From a bacterium (GTDB lineage Bacteria > Patescibacteriota > Minisyncoccia > Phycocordibacterales > Zambryskibacteraceae): a stretch of 64,000 nt of DNA. The stretch covers positions 68,623 through 132,622 of the forward strand of contig JAHFOF010000002.1 in the NCBI GenBank assembly GCA_023266935.1, read 5' to 3'. Positions 51,242 to 60,540 of this stretch are shown in pieces. The first letter of the stretch is position 1; each line of letters begins with the position of its first letter. The position numbers and the translations under genes are program-made. The notes beneath the pieces were generated by a model. The model searched no databases. It was given only the letters and a program-made list of their open reading frames with translations, and had not been told where the DNA came from.

Positions 51242-52303
51242 TTAAATCATTCGTTCCAAAGTTTTTGGATTATTTGAAAATAGAATCGCATTTTCTGCAG
51301 TAATCTCTCCTGCCCGAACGAGGGTAGCGAGAGAACGATTCAAATCTATCATCCCTTCTGCTGAACTGGTTTCTATGACCGAATCAATCTCGTGAGTTCT
51401 CTTTTCTCTGATGAGATTCCCCACCGCATTATTGTTGATGAGAAGTTCATAGGCAGGAATCAATCCTCCAGAAATTCTCGGGATGAGTCGCTGAGAAAAG
51501 ATTCCTAATAGTGAAGTAGAGAGTTGAATGCGTATCTGATCTTGTTGGTCTGCGGGGAATGAATCTATAATACGATTCACAGTTTGAGAAGCAGTATTGG
51601 TGTGGAGGGTAGAAAGGATAAGGTGCCCAGTTTCAGCTGCAGTTACCGCTGTGGCTATAGTATCTGGTTCTCGCATTTCTCCGATCATCACCACATCGGC
51701 ATCTTGTCTGAACACTCCCCAAAGTGCAGTGTGGAAATCCGGAGTATCTGTCTTCACTTCTCGTTGATCAATCAAAGATTTCTTCGGTTCAAAAATATAT
51801 TCGATTGGATCTTCGATGGTCACAACGTGTTCGAGGCGTTGTTGGTTTATGGCCTCAACCATTGTCGCGAGAGTGGTAGATTTCCCCTGCCCCGCTGGAC
51901 CCACTACTAGGAAAAACCCTTGTTGACGCATTGCGAATGATTCTAGAATCGGAGGAAGATTAAGTTCAGCGAAAGTTTTTATGCTTTGAGGAACTAAACG
52001 CAGAGCAATGGAGATTTTGCCGAGTTCGGTAAAGGCGTTGCCACGAAAACGATCTTTGACTTTGTGGCTATAAGCAAAGTTGACTTCTTTTTTCTCTTTT
52101 AATTCTTTTAAATTTTCTGGAGTCAAGAGAATGGAGAGGAATCCTTCCATATCTTCCTTCGAAGGAGAAGGAATCTTTAAAAGAGGAATAAGAAACCCAG
52201 CTACTCTAATAACCGCTGGACGACCTTCAGAAAGGTGCAGGTCAGAAGCTCCTTCTTTGTCTACTATATCGACGAGTGCATTTAAAATATCTTGAACTGC
52301 CAT
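51242..52303 (-). CDS. pilT: Pilus retraction ATPase
   Basis: GPAGQGKSTT, TIEDPIE, GEMR, ETGHL, STLHT. Confidence 0.92.
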   Translation of the reverse strand: MAVQDILNALVDIVDKEGASDLHLSEGRPAVIRVAGFLIPLLKIPSPSKEDMEGFLSILLTPENLKELKEKKEVNFAYSHKVKDRFRGNAFTELGKISIALRLVPQSIKTFAELNLPPILESFAMRQQGFFLVVGPAGQGKSTTLATMVEAINQQRLEHVVTIEDPIEYIFEPKKSLIDQREVKTDTPDFHTALWGVFRQDADVVMIGEMREPDTIATAVTAAETGHLILSTLHTNTASQTVNRIIDSFPADQQDQIRIQLSTSLLGIFSQRLIPRISGGLIPAYELLINNNAVGNLIREKRTHEIDSVIETSSAEGMIDLNRSLATLVRAGEITAENAILFSNNPKTLERMI

Positions 52304-52318
52304 AAATTAATGTATCTA

Positions 52319-54037
52319 TTATAGCGTATTTACTTCTTCAATAGGAATAATCCTGTTGAAAGCTTTGATAATAGCGTCTTCTTTCATCGTCAACATACCT
52401 CTCGAACGAGCCACTTTAAGCAGAGCTTGTTCTGTAGGATCTTTGAGGATAACGGCTTCAACTTCCTTGTCCATCGCGAGCACTTCCATCACCGCCACAC
52501 GACCGATGGTACCATTTGGGAATTCTTTGGTCGGCTGAATTTGGTAAACTTCTTTTCCAAATTCAATTTTCTTTTTAAACTCATCGGGTAAATCAGCAAA
52601 ATTTTTCTCGAGCATGAGTTTCAAACTATCAACCACTGGGACAGGTTTACCTCCATCCTTTGGAAGAGTTCGAACCAAACGTTGAGCGATGGCCAAGATA
52701 AGAGTTGGGGCAATCAAGAATGGATCGACGCCCATGTCTATTAAACGAGGGATAACTCCCAATGCATTGTTGGTGTGAATAGTAGAAAGGACAAGGTGAC
52801 CGGTAAGAGCGGCTTGAACAGCGAGTTGGGCTGTTTCTTTGTCTCTAATCTCCCCAACCATGATGATGTCCGGATCTTGTCTAAGGGTGGTACGAAGACC
52901 TGTGGCAAAGGTATAGTCTATCTCTGGCTGAACTTGAGATTGAGAAACCCCTTTCATGTTGTATTCGATTGGGTCTTCAAGAGAAAGAACGTTTTTGTGA
53001 TCTTTATCTACTTCATTCAACATCGAATATAGAGTGGTAGATTTCCCTGAACCAGTTGGCCCCGAAATCAAAATTAATCCGAAAGGTCTTTTGATAGCTG
53101 AACGAATGAGAGAAAGATTTAGTTCTGAAAGGCCAATATCGTCCAAAGATTTCACTCCCTTGGCTTGATCCAAAATACGCATCACCACCTTTTCTCCATA
53201 GTATGTTGGGAAAGTAGAAACACGAAAATCTATTCTTCGATCATCAATTTTGGTTGAGAATCTTCCGTCCTGAGGTTTGCGTTTCTCGTCCAAACGCATG
53301 TTCGACATAATTTTTATACGAGCGACTACCGCCGAATGCACTTTGGTCGGAAGCACTATCGAAGTATTTAAAACACCATCTACACGGAAACGGACTCTGA
53401 TGTCATCTAACATCGGTTCGATGTGTATGTCCGAAGCGTTACCATCCGAAGCATAAGAAAGGATAGTGGCGACAATTTTTGTTACTGGAGCATCTTCAAC
53501 AATTTTTTGTTCGAGCTTCACACTGCCATCATCGGTTTTTTCCTTGGCTATAATGTTGTCTTTTTCTGAAAGCTCTGTTTCCAAATCAGAAAGGGCCTTG
53601 CTCACTTCTCCAGAAATACCTTTATAAGATTCTATAATTCTGTTGAAATCTTCTTCGGTGATAAGAAAAAGTTTATAAGGTAGTCCAATCCTCGAAGAAA
53701 TAAAATTCAACGCATCTTTGGCTTCTATATCATTTGGATCCACGATGCCCACTTCGAGCACTCCATCTTTTACTTGAATAGGTATGACTTTATAGTGTCT
53801 GGCGGATTCTTCTGGGATATATTGAAGGATTTTGCCTGGAATGGCTGTGCCTTTTAAATCTTTGGTGGGAATATCCAAACTAGAACCCTTGCTCTCTAAA
53901 ATAGCTTCTGGGGAAATTCCTCTAGAAACCAAAACTTGTTCAAGAGAAAGGCCAGAGCTTTCGGCTTCGGCGATAATATTTTTCGCATCAGCCGGTTTGA
54001 GGACTTTTTTCTCTACTAGAGTATCGAGGATGCTCAT
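52319..54037 (-). CDS. pilB: Pilus assembly ATPase (PilB/GspE)
   Basis: ASDIHIEP, GPTGSGKSTT, RQDPDIIMVGEIRD. Confidence 0.93.
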   Translation of the reverse strand: MSILDTLVEKKVLKPADAKNIIAEAESSGLSLEQVLVSRGISPEAILESKGSSLDIPTKDLKGTAIPGKILQYIPEESARHYKVIPIQVKDGVLEVGIVDPNDIEAKDALNFISSRIGLPYKLFLITEEDFNRIIESYKGISGEVSKALSDLETELSEKDNIIAKEKTDDGSVKLEQKIVEDAPVTKIVATILSYASDGNASDIHIEPMLDDIRVRFRVDGVLNTSIVLPTKVHSAVVARIKIMSNMRLDEKRKPQDGRFSTKIDDRRIDFRVSTFPTYYGEKVVMRILDQAKGVKSLDDIGLSELNLSLIRSAIKRPFGLILISGPTGSGKSTTLYSMLNEVDKDHKNVLSLEDPIEYNMKGVSQSQVQPEIDYTFATGLRTTLRQDPDIIMVGEIRDKETAQLAVQAALTGHLVLSTIHTNNALGVIPRLIDMGVDPFLIAPTLILAIAQRLVRTLPKDGGKPVPVVDSLKLMLEKNFADLPDEFKKKIEFGKEVYQIQPTKEFPNGTIGRVAVMEVLAMDKEVEAVILKDPTEQALLKVARSRGMLTMKEDAIIKAFNRIIPIEEVNTL

Positions 54038-54044
54038 AGTTTGT

Positions 54045-54335
54045 TTATTGGCCTATGATATCAAATGGATTTTGTCTGCCTGTGGGCTGTGTTGGTATAG
54101 CCGCGCTAAAATCCATGAGACCTCTGTATATTTGAGAGCTGAACAGACTCTGGTCGAGGGTGGCTGATTGTAAACTTTTATATAAAGCCACGACATCGTT
54201 GCCCACTCCCTCTGTGGCCAGACCTTGATTAATCGTTGTTTGAGTTGGTTTAAGGAAAAAATTGTAAGCCAGAATCGCGATGATAAAAATCACAATCGCG
54301 ATGATCAAACCTTTATTATTTTGGATAGCTTTCAT
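54045..54335 (-). CDS. Hypothetical pilus-cluster membrane protein
   Basis: TM segment, GRQNPF C-terminus; cluster position. Confidence 0.65.
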   Translation of the reverse strand: MKAIQNNKGLIIAIVIFIIAILAYNFFLKPTQTTINQGLATEGVGNDVVALYKSLQSATLDQSLFSSQIYRGLMDFSAAIPTQPTGRQNPFDIIGQ

Positions 54336-54336
54336 A

Positions 54337-54879
54337 TTATTTTAACCAATAGGTCTTTATAGTAATTTGATATTCATAAAATCCATTGAGAGTTGATTGG
54401 AACGAAACAGCTTGGATATCTGTGATGCGGAGACTGCGTTCTATATCAGACATAAACTTGCGAAAATTTGGGTAAGTCGAAACAAAACTAAAAACAAAAG
54501 ATATAGAATCGTATGTTTTTGTAGAAGCTCCAACTACTATGGTCGAAGAGTTGTTCACATTTTCTTTAACCGTCTGAATACTTTTGAGCGAGATGCCATA
54601 TTTGCTGGCAATAGAATCAAGATTCATAGCCAAGCTGACCGTATCAACGTTGTCTGGGAGAACTTTAGAAAGATCGTCGATTCGTTGTTTGGGAATGTTT
54701 TGGTATTTGACTAAAAGTTCGTCGCGCTTGGCTTCGAGAGCAGAAACATTTTCTAGGATGTTTTGGTATTGAGTTTGAGAGTCTTTGAGTGCGCCGATTT
54801 TGTTGTATTGAGGCAAGATAAAAACATAAAGCAGTCCGGCAGAGATGAGTATTAGGATAAATGCAGTGGAGCCTTTCAT
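54337..54879 (-). CDS. pilO: PilO-like protein
   Basis: TM + coiled coil; LPD; TYPNFRKFMSDIERSLR. Confidence 0.75.
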   Translation of the reverse strand: MKGSTAFILILISAGLLYVFILPQYNKIGALKDSQTQYQNILENVSALEAKRDELLVKYQNIPKQRIDDLSKVLPDNVDTVSLAMNLDSIASKYGISLKSIQTVKENVNNSSTIVVGASTKTYDSISFVFSFVSTYPNFRKFMSDIERSLRITDIQAVSFQSTLNGFYEYQITIKTYWLK

Positions 54880-54880
54880 A

Positions 54881-55576
54881 TCATTGTTTTTTAGTTGAAG
54901 TAGCTGTTGAAGTTGAAACGATAGGGGTAGAAACGATAGAAGTTGAAGTCGAAGTTGAAACCACTGGAACCATTATCGCTGGGGTGCTCTCTAAGGATTT
55001 TTTATAGGACACTATGGACGGATCGAGTGTAGCAAAGAAGGCGAAGGTGACATTGCCTTTGTCATCCAAAATGAGGTTAGAGAAAAGTGGTGATTTGATG
55101 TATTTTGTTTTGTTAAAGATTTCTGCTTGGAGGGCGAGGGCCGAGTAACCACGAGCTTGACCTTCCATGATGAGAGAGAGTCCGTCTTTGGTTGTCGCAT
55201 ATTTGAAACTCGTCCAACGCAAAGATTTTAAAGTTGAACTTTCGAGGAAATCAAAGAACGGAGAAAGGATGGTGTGTTTGGATATTAATTCTTGGGTAGA
55301 GATAATGCGTGAATTTAAACGAGAAATTTGGTTTATGACATCTGGGTCAAGCGAAGCTCGAGCGGTAGTGAGGTCGCTCCCCATCTTCGCGATGTTTGAG
55401 GAGAGATAAAGGTTATAACCAAAGACAGCCAGAGCAGTCACTATGGCCAAAATGAAAATAACCGTAGCTAAAAAGCCGAAAAATCCTCGGCCTTTTTTCT
55501 TTTCGGCAAGACTGGCTACGCCCGAGGTCGTCACTGGGCCTTTAGGTATAAATGATGATTGAAATTTCGGATCCAT
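54881..55576 (-). CDS. PilN-like protein
   Basis: SSFIPK N-terminus, TM; lies between pilM and pilO. Confidence 0.65.
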   Translation of the reverse strand: MDPKFQSSFIPKGPVTTSGVASLAEKKKGRGFFGFLATVIFILAIVTALAVFGYNLYLSSNIAKMGSDLTTARASLDPDVINQISRLNSRIISTQELISKHTILSPFFDFLESSTLKSLRWTSFKYATTKDGLSLIMEGQARGYSALALQAEIFNKTKYIKSPLFSNLILDDKGNVTFAFFATLDPSIVSYKKSLESTPAIMVPVVSTSTSTSIVSTPIVSTSTATSTKKQ

Positions 55577-55656
55577 TAGGATTTCTCCTTATAATTATAT
55601 GCCAAGCCTGCAAATAAAACGAGGCGAGATGTGTTTATAACTCAAAGGTATCAAAC

Positions 55657-56769
55657 TTACTCTGATTCTTGGAGTTCCCTCAAAGCGATGCCGATAGCCA
55701 CAGCGAATTCAGGACCCGTTTCGTTCAAAACTTTCTCAAGGAATGCGGGAGTAGCTACTTTGCCGAACGGATTTCCAGCTACAGTCTCAGTATTAAAATT
55801 ATTTTTAGCCAAATCTGAGAGACCTTTCAGCGCCGCTCCCCCACCGACGAGGATAACTTTAGAAACTGTTTTATTAAATTTCTTTTCGAACGAAAGTAAG
55901 GCTCTGTTCGCTTCAGCGAAAATATAATCAAGGGTAAGCACGATCACATCGGTAAATTTTTGGTCTGTTCCTACGAGGCCCACAGACCTTTTCATCGTTT
56001 CGGCTTTATCCAAAGGGAGAGTGAGAGATTTAGAGAGGGTTTGGGTGATGTCTTGTGAACCGCGGTTCACCGTGTGCGAGGCTTTGATCACTCCCCTTTC
56101 AACAATATAAAGTTTGGTCGAAGCTGCACCGAAATCCATAATCATCACCGGAGCAAGGGCTTCGTCGAGTACAGCTCGCATCGTGCTGAATATTTCTATC
56201 TCAAAAAAGCTTGCATCGAGTCCTGCTCCGGTCACCACAGAGTTGTATCGAGCGATAGTGTCTTTATGGATGGCCACGATCATCACATCAATCTTGGGTA
56301 AAGTGGTTTGGGGTTGTTCGCCTTCTGGTTTGTCTTCCATCTTTACTTCTGTTTTGGGGATGACCGACCAATCGAGCATCACTTCAGAAATTGGTACGGG
56401 AATATATTTGCGAGCTTCGAGCGGAACCATGGTCTCGAGTTGTTTAGATGAAACTTGAGGAATCTCTATTACTGATAAGAGGGACGAAGCGAAAGGAATA
56501 GAAATCCCACATTTTTTGGTGGTGATGTTCACTTCTTTCTCTTTCATCAAATCTTTTAGAGCCGTGGCAATTTTGTCTGGGGGTAAAACGGTCGCTTGGC
56601 CAACAGTCGCTCCGGCGTATGGGCCCAGAGCCAATTCACCATAAGTTTCGAGGACGGCTTGACCGTTCTTTCTTTTTAACTGAACTATTTTTATGGCCGA
56701 AGAACCGATGTCTATGCCGAGGACAGAACCTTCTTCTTTCTTGGTAAAAAGATTAGAGAAAAATGACAT
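55657..56769 (-). CDS. pilM: Pilus assembly protein PilM
   Basis: GIDIGSSAIK, DFGAAST, VGGGA, AVAIGIALR. Confidence 0.92.
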   Translation of the reverse strand: MSFFSNLFTKKEEGSVLGIDIGSSAIKIVQLKRKNGQAVLETYGELALGPYAGATVGQATVLPPDKIATALKDLMKEKEVNITTKKCGISIPFASSLLSVIEIPQVSSKQLETMVPLEARKYIPVPISEVMLDWSVIPKTEVKMEDKPEGEQPQTTLPKIDVMIVAIHKDTIARYNSVVTGAGLDASFFEIEIFSTMRAVLDEALAPVMIMDFGAASTKLYIVERGVIKASHTVNRGSQDITQTLSKSLTLPLDKAETMKRSVGLVGTDQKFTDVIVLTLDYIFAEANRALLSFEKKFNKTVSKVILVGGGAALKGLSDLAKNNFNTETVAGNPFGKVATPAFLEKVLNETGPEFAVAIGIALRELQESE

Positions 56770-56789
56770 AATAGAATTATAACATTTCT

Positions 56790-57449
56790 ATGAACCTAAA
56801 AACATTCGGCGCGTATTGTTTGGATTTTATTTTTCCTAAAAGTGATACGATTTTCGAACTCGAATCGATGCCCATCGGTGAACTTTTGAAGAAACTGCCC
56901 CCGGCTCGAGAAATAGAAGATGAACGATTGGTCGTGTTGTTTGATTATAAAGACGAGAATGTTCGTTCGATGATTTGGGAGTTGAAATATAAAGGTAACA
57001 GAAAAATCGGCAGTCGGTTCGCTGAGATTCTCCTAGATATCCTTCGACACGAACTGGCTGAACGAGCCCTGTTTGAAAAATTTATTAATCCAATATTGAT
57101 CCCCATGCCCATCTCAAACCAACGCAGGAGAGAACGCGGGTGGAATCAGACAGAAATACTTTGTGAAGAAATGCTGAAACTTGAACCAGAAAACTTATTC
57201 ACTTATACACCTTCGTTACTTATTAAACTTGTCCATACTGACAGTCAGGCGCGCACTCATGCGACCAAACGCGAAAGATTGGAAAATTTAAATAATTCTA
57301 TGTCCGTGTGTGAGTCAGAAAAAATTCGTGGTCGATGTATTATCCTGTTGGATGATGTCACCACATCTGGTTCAACTTTCAAAGAAGCGAATCGTGCTTT
57401 AAAAGAAGTTGGAGCAAAAAAGATTTTATTCGTCGCCTTGGCGCATTAG
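56790..57449 (+). CDS. comF: ComF-family phosphoribosyltransferase-like protein
   Basis: RGWNQ, LLDDVTTSGST. Confidence 0.85.
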   Translation: MNLKTFGAYCLDFIFPKSDTIFELESMPIGELLKKLPPAREIEDERLVVLFDYKDENVRSMIWELKYKGNRKIGSRFAEILLDILRHELAERALFEKFINPILIPMPISNQRRRERGWNQTEILCEEMLKLEPENLFTYTPSLLIKLVHTDSQARTHATKRERLENLNNSMSVCESEKIRGRCIILLDDVTTSGSTFKEANRALKEVGAKKILFVALAH

Positions 57450-57484
57450 AAAAAAGGTCAAAAATGTGTTAATTTCATAGGATT

Positions 57485-57573
57485 GGAGACGTGTCAGAGT
57501 GGTCTAACGTACCTCTTTGCTAAAGAGGCAAGCCTCTTAAAGGGCTTCGAGGGTTCGAATCCCTCCGTCTCCG
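57485..57573 (+). tRNA. tRNA-Ser(GCT)
   Basis: ggagacg...cgtctcc; cctct-ttGCTaa-agagg; long variable arm. Confidence 0.95.
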
Positions 57574-57585
57574 CATTAAAACTAT

Positions 57586-58491
57586 ATGGATAAAGATAAA
57601 TTTGTAATATATTTTACTGGTGGCACAATGCGGGGAGTATTCGGAGTAGGAGTTGCCAAAGCATTTGAAAATAATAATCTTTATCCAAAAATAAGTGTTG
57701 TTTATGGCGCATCTGCTGGAGTGATGACCGGGGCATATTTTCTCGCAAAACAAACTGAGTTAGGGGCGTCTATCTACTGGGAAGATTTAAGAAAAAAATT
57801 TATATCCCGCAAAGATTTTTTCATTGGCGTGTGGCAACGTTTTCAAGACGAATTTATCAAGACTGTCCCACAAGATGAGTTGCATGACGCCCTAAATATT
57901 GAATATTTAATGAAGGTTGTAAAAGATGAAAAAAGTCTTGATACTCAAAAAATAATTTCACAGGAGATACCTTTAAATGTAAAACTTTTTGATTTAGATA
58001 CTCACGACATAAAATATATTGATGCACGTCGCCCCGATATTTTAGAAATACTCAGGGCCGGTGTTAATGCATTTCCTTATGTTCATGAAATTTCTATGAT
58101 TGACAACAAGAAATATATTGATGCCGCTATTATCGATATTGTCGGCTTTGATTACTTGAGACAAAAGCACCCTACCGAAAAAATAATTATTGTCATGAAC
58201 GGACAAATTGATAGGAAATTTCGTTATAGAGCTAAAAATATTCTTGAAGGGAAGTTTATGCAGTGGATGTTTGATGACCCCGCACTTTATAATTTATATG
58301 CTACTGCAGAAGATAAATTGGCAAAAGATATAGAAAAAATAAAATGTGATTCTAATTCTTTACTTATTACTCAAGACAAAGATGTTTTAGTTCGGTCACG
58401 AACAACAGATGCCAAATTACTTTTAGAGATGTATAATTTAGGTATTAAAGCAGGAAATCGAGCATTACAGAGTTCTTTTATGAACTCTTAA
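57586..58491 (+). CDS. Patatin-like phospholipase
   Basis: GGTMRG, GASAG, YIDAA (DGG-like). Confidence 0.8.
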   Translation: MDKDKFVIYFTGGTMRGVFGVGVAKAFENNNLYPKISVVYGASAGVMTGAYFLAKQTELGASIYWEDLRKKFISRKDFFIGVWQRFQDEFIKTVPQDELHDALNIEYLMKVVKDEKSLDTQKIISQEIPLNVKLFDLDTHDIKYIDARRPDILEILRAGVNAFPYVHEISMIDNKKYIDAAIIDIVGFDYLRQKHPTEKIIIVMNGQIDRKFRYRAKNILEGKFMQWMFDDPALYNLYATAEDKLAKDIEKIKCDSNSLLITQDKDVLVRSRTTDAKLLLEMYNLGIKAGNRALQSSFMNS

Positions 58492-58580
58492 TGTCGCCAA
58501 AGAAAAACCTGAAATCGTCCATTCTCCTGCGCCTTAATTCATGGAAAGTGTTAGAATACAAAAATAGCTTTTAACACACC

Positions 58581-58997
58581 ATGCAGAACAATACATACAA
58601 CTGGTACAGCACTTTAATCAAGCCCACTTGGGCACCGCCCTCTTGGCTCTTTGGCCCAGTATGGTCGGTGCTTTATACCATCATCGCGGTGACCTATGGA
58701 GCGGTATTTTATAAAGCGTATACAGGGAAACTTTCATGGGTCGTCGCTCTGCCATTTGTCCTCAACCTCATCTTCAACTTCTCCTTCACCTATTTTCAAT
58801 TCGGGCTCAAAAACAACCTCCTCGCCTCCATCGACATCCTCCTCGTCCTCGGCACCCTCATCTGGGCGTTTACCCGAATTCACTTATTGGGAAGTGAAGG
58901 CGGGCTCCTGTGGATTATTTACGCCAACATCCCTTATCTCCTCTGGGTCTCTTTCGCAACGGTGTTGCAACTGACGATAACGTATTTGAATAAATAA
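58581..58997 (+). CDS. TspO/MBR family protein
   Basis: WYSTLIKPTWAPPSWLFGPVW, PYLLWVSFA. Confidence 0.92.
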   Translation: MQNNTYNWYSTLIKPTWAPPSWLFGPVWSVLYTIIAVTYGAVFYKAYTGKLSWVVALPFVLNLIFNFSFTYFQFGLKNNLLASIDILLVLGTLIWAFTRIHLLGSEGGLLWIIYANIPYLLWVSFATVLQLTITYLNK

Positions 58998-59001
58998 ATT
59001 T

Positions 59002-59814
59002 ATGGCAAAACCCTATTATAAAAAAGATAATTTTAAACTATACCAAGCTGATTGTTTGGATATTCTAAAAGAAATACCAGAAAATTCTGTTGATATGGTC
59101 TTTGCTGATCCTCCATATTTACTTTCAAACGGAGGTTTTACCGTACACGCTGGAAAAATGGTAAGTGTAAATAAGGGAGAATGGGACAAAAGCAACGGTT
59201 TAAAAAAGGATTTTGAGTTTCATCTCGAGTGGATTCGAGCAGTTAGACGTGTTCTTAAACCCTCCGGCACACTTTGGATTAGTGGAACATACCATTCAAT
59301 CTATCAATGTGGTTTTGCACTTCAAGTTGCTGGATTCCACGTGCTCAATGATATTGCGTGGTTTAAACCAAATGCATCACCGAATTTAAGTTGTCGTTTT
59401 TTTACCGCAAGCCACGAAACCCTTGTTTGGGCGAGAAAAGACAAAAAAGCAAAACATATTTTCAATTACGATTTAATGAAAAATGGTACTTGGCCAGAAG
59501 ACGCATTGAAAAAGCCGGGGCTCCAAATGCGCTCGGTTTGGTCAATGGGAACACCAAAACCAATTGAAAAGAAATTTGGAAAGCATCCAACCCAAAAACC
59601 AGAAGATTTGCTAAAACGGGTTGTTCTTGCTAGTACTAATAAAGGGGATATCGTGCTGGATCCATTTACAGGTAGTTCTACCACTGGGATTGCTGCACAT
59701 TTATTCGGTAGAAAATTTATTGGTATTGATTTAGATAAGAAATTTTTAGATGTTTCAATAAAAAGATTTGAAGAATTAGATAAAAATATTAGAAATAAAA
59801 GAGCAAAAATATGA
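59002..59814 (+). CDS. DNA adenine/N4-cytosine methyltransferase, beta class (DpnA-like)
   Basis: FADPPY, HPTQKP, LDPFTGSSTT. Confidence 0.92.
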   Translation: MAKPYYKKDNFKLYQADCLDILKEIPENSVDMVFADPPYLLSNGGFTVHAGKMVSVNKGEWDKSNGLKKDFEFHLEWIRAVRRVLKPSGTLWISGTYHSIYQCGFALQVAGFHVLNDIAWFKPNASPNLSCRFFTASHETLVWARKDKKAKHIFNYDLMKNGTWPEDALKKPGLQMRSVWSMGTPKPIEKKFGKHPTQKPEDLLKRVVLASTNKGDIVLDPFTGSSTTGIAAHLFGRKFIGIDLDKKFLDVSIKRFEELDKNIRNKRAKI

Positions 59815-60332
59815 TAGAAAAAGGTAAAGGAGGAGGGAACACCATAACGGGTTTGAATTTTGAAAAGGAAACGGATATCCTGTCACTTCTTAAAAATCAA
59901 AAAGGATACAAAATAAAAGAAAATATTATTTTTTATGACGGAAAAGAAGTCGCAAGGAGCTATAAAAAGAATGGTTTGTATAAATTCTTAGAATCAAAAA
60001 AAGTAGATTATAAAAAAATAATTTCAAAAAAATTACTTCCAGATGAAGCTTTATATGTAATCGTGAACAACACTCTATTTGTTATTGAAGTTAAATTTCA
60101 AAAAGTCGCAGGCTCTGTTGATGAAAAGCTTCAAACATGCGATTTTAAAAGAAAACAATATGCCAAACTTATGGCCCCGCTCAATATTGAAGTTGAATAC
60201 ATTTATATATTAAGCGAATGGTTTAATCATCCAACATATAAAGATGTACGGGATTATATAATTTCAGTTGGATGTCAGTATTATTTTAAATATCTACCGC
60301 TTCAGAAGTTGGGATTACCCATTCCAAAATAA
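59811..60332 (+). CDS. PD-(D/E)XK nuclease, probable restriction endonuclease
   Basis: LPDEAL...IEVKFQ...GSVDEK; overlaps MTase stop. Confidence 0.75.
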   Translation: MIEKGKGGGNTITGLNFEKETDILSLLKNQKGYKIKENIIFYDGKEVARSYKKNGLYKFLESKKVDYKKIISKKLLPDEALYVIVNNTLFVIEVKFQKVAGSVDEKLQTCDFKRKQYAKLMAPLNIEVEYIYILSEWFNHPTYKDVRDYIISVGCQYYFKYLPLQKLGLPIPK

Positions 60333-60336
60333 TAAA

Positions 60337-60540
60337 ATGTTAAGGCAAGGAGTTAAATCATCGGATCTGCTATCAGTAGGTTACCATTCTGGTACTTTGG
60401 AAATAGAGTTTAAAAATAATTCAATATATCAATATTTAGATGTTCCAGAATATATATATCATGAATTAGTAAACTCAGATTCTAAGGGGAAATATTTCAA
60501 TCAGAATATCAGAAATATTTTTAGATGTATGAAAATATGA
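60337..60540 (+). CDS. KTSC domain protein
   Basis: SVGY...LEIEF...YQYLDVP...SKGKYFNQNIR. Confidence 0.85.
   Translation: MLRQGVKSSDLLSVGYHSGTLEIEFKNNSIYQYLDVPEYIYHELVNSDSKGKYFNQNIRNIFRCMKI

Noticed and set aside
58517-58533. Possible att duplication of the tRNA-Ser(GCT) 3' end after the patatin gene
   Set aside because: tccattctcctgcgc matches only with several gaps, which is consistent with chance.
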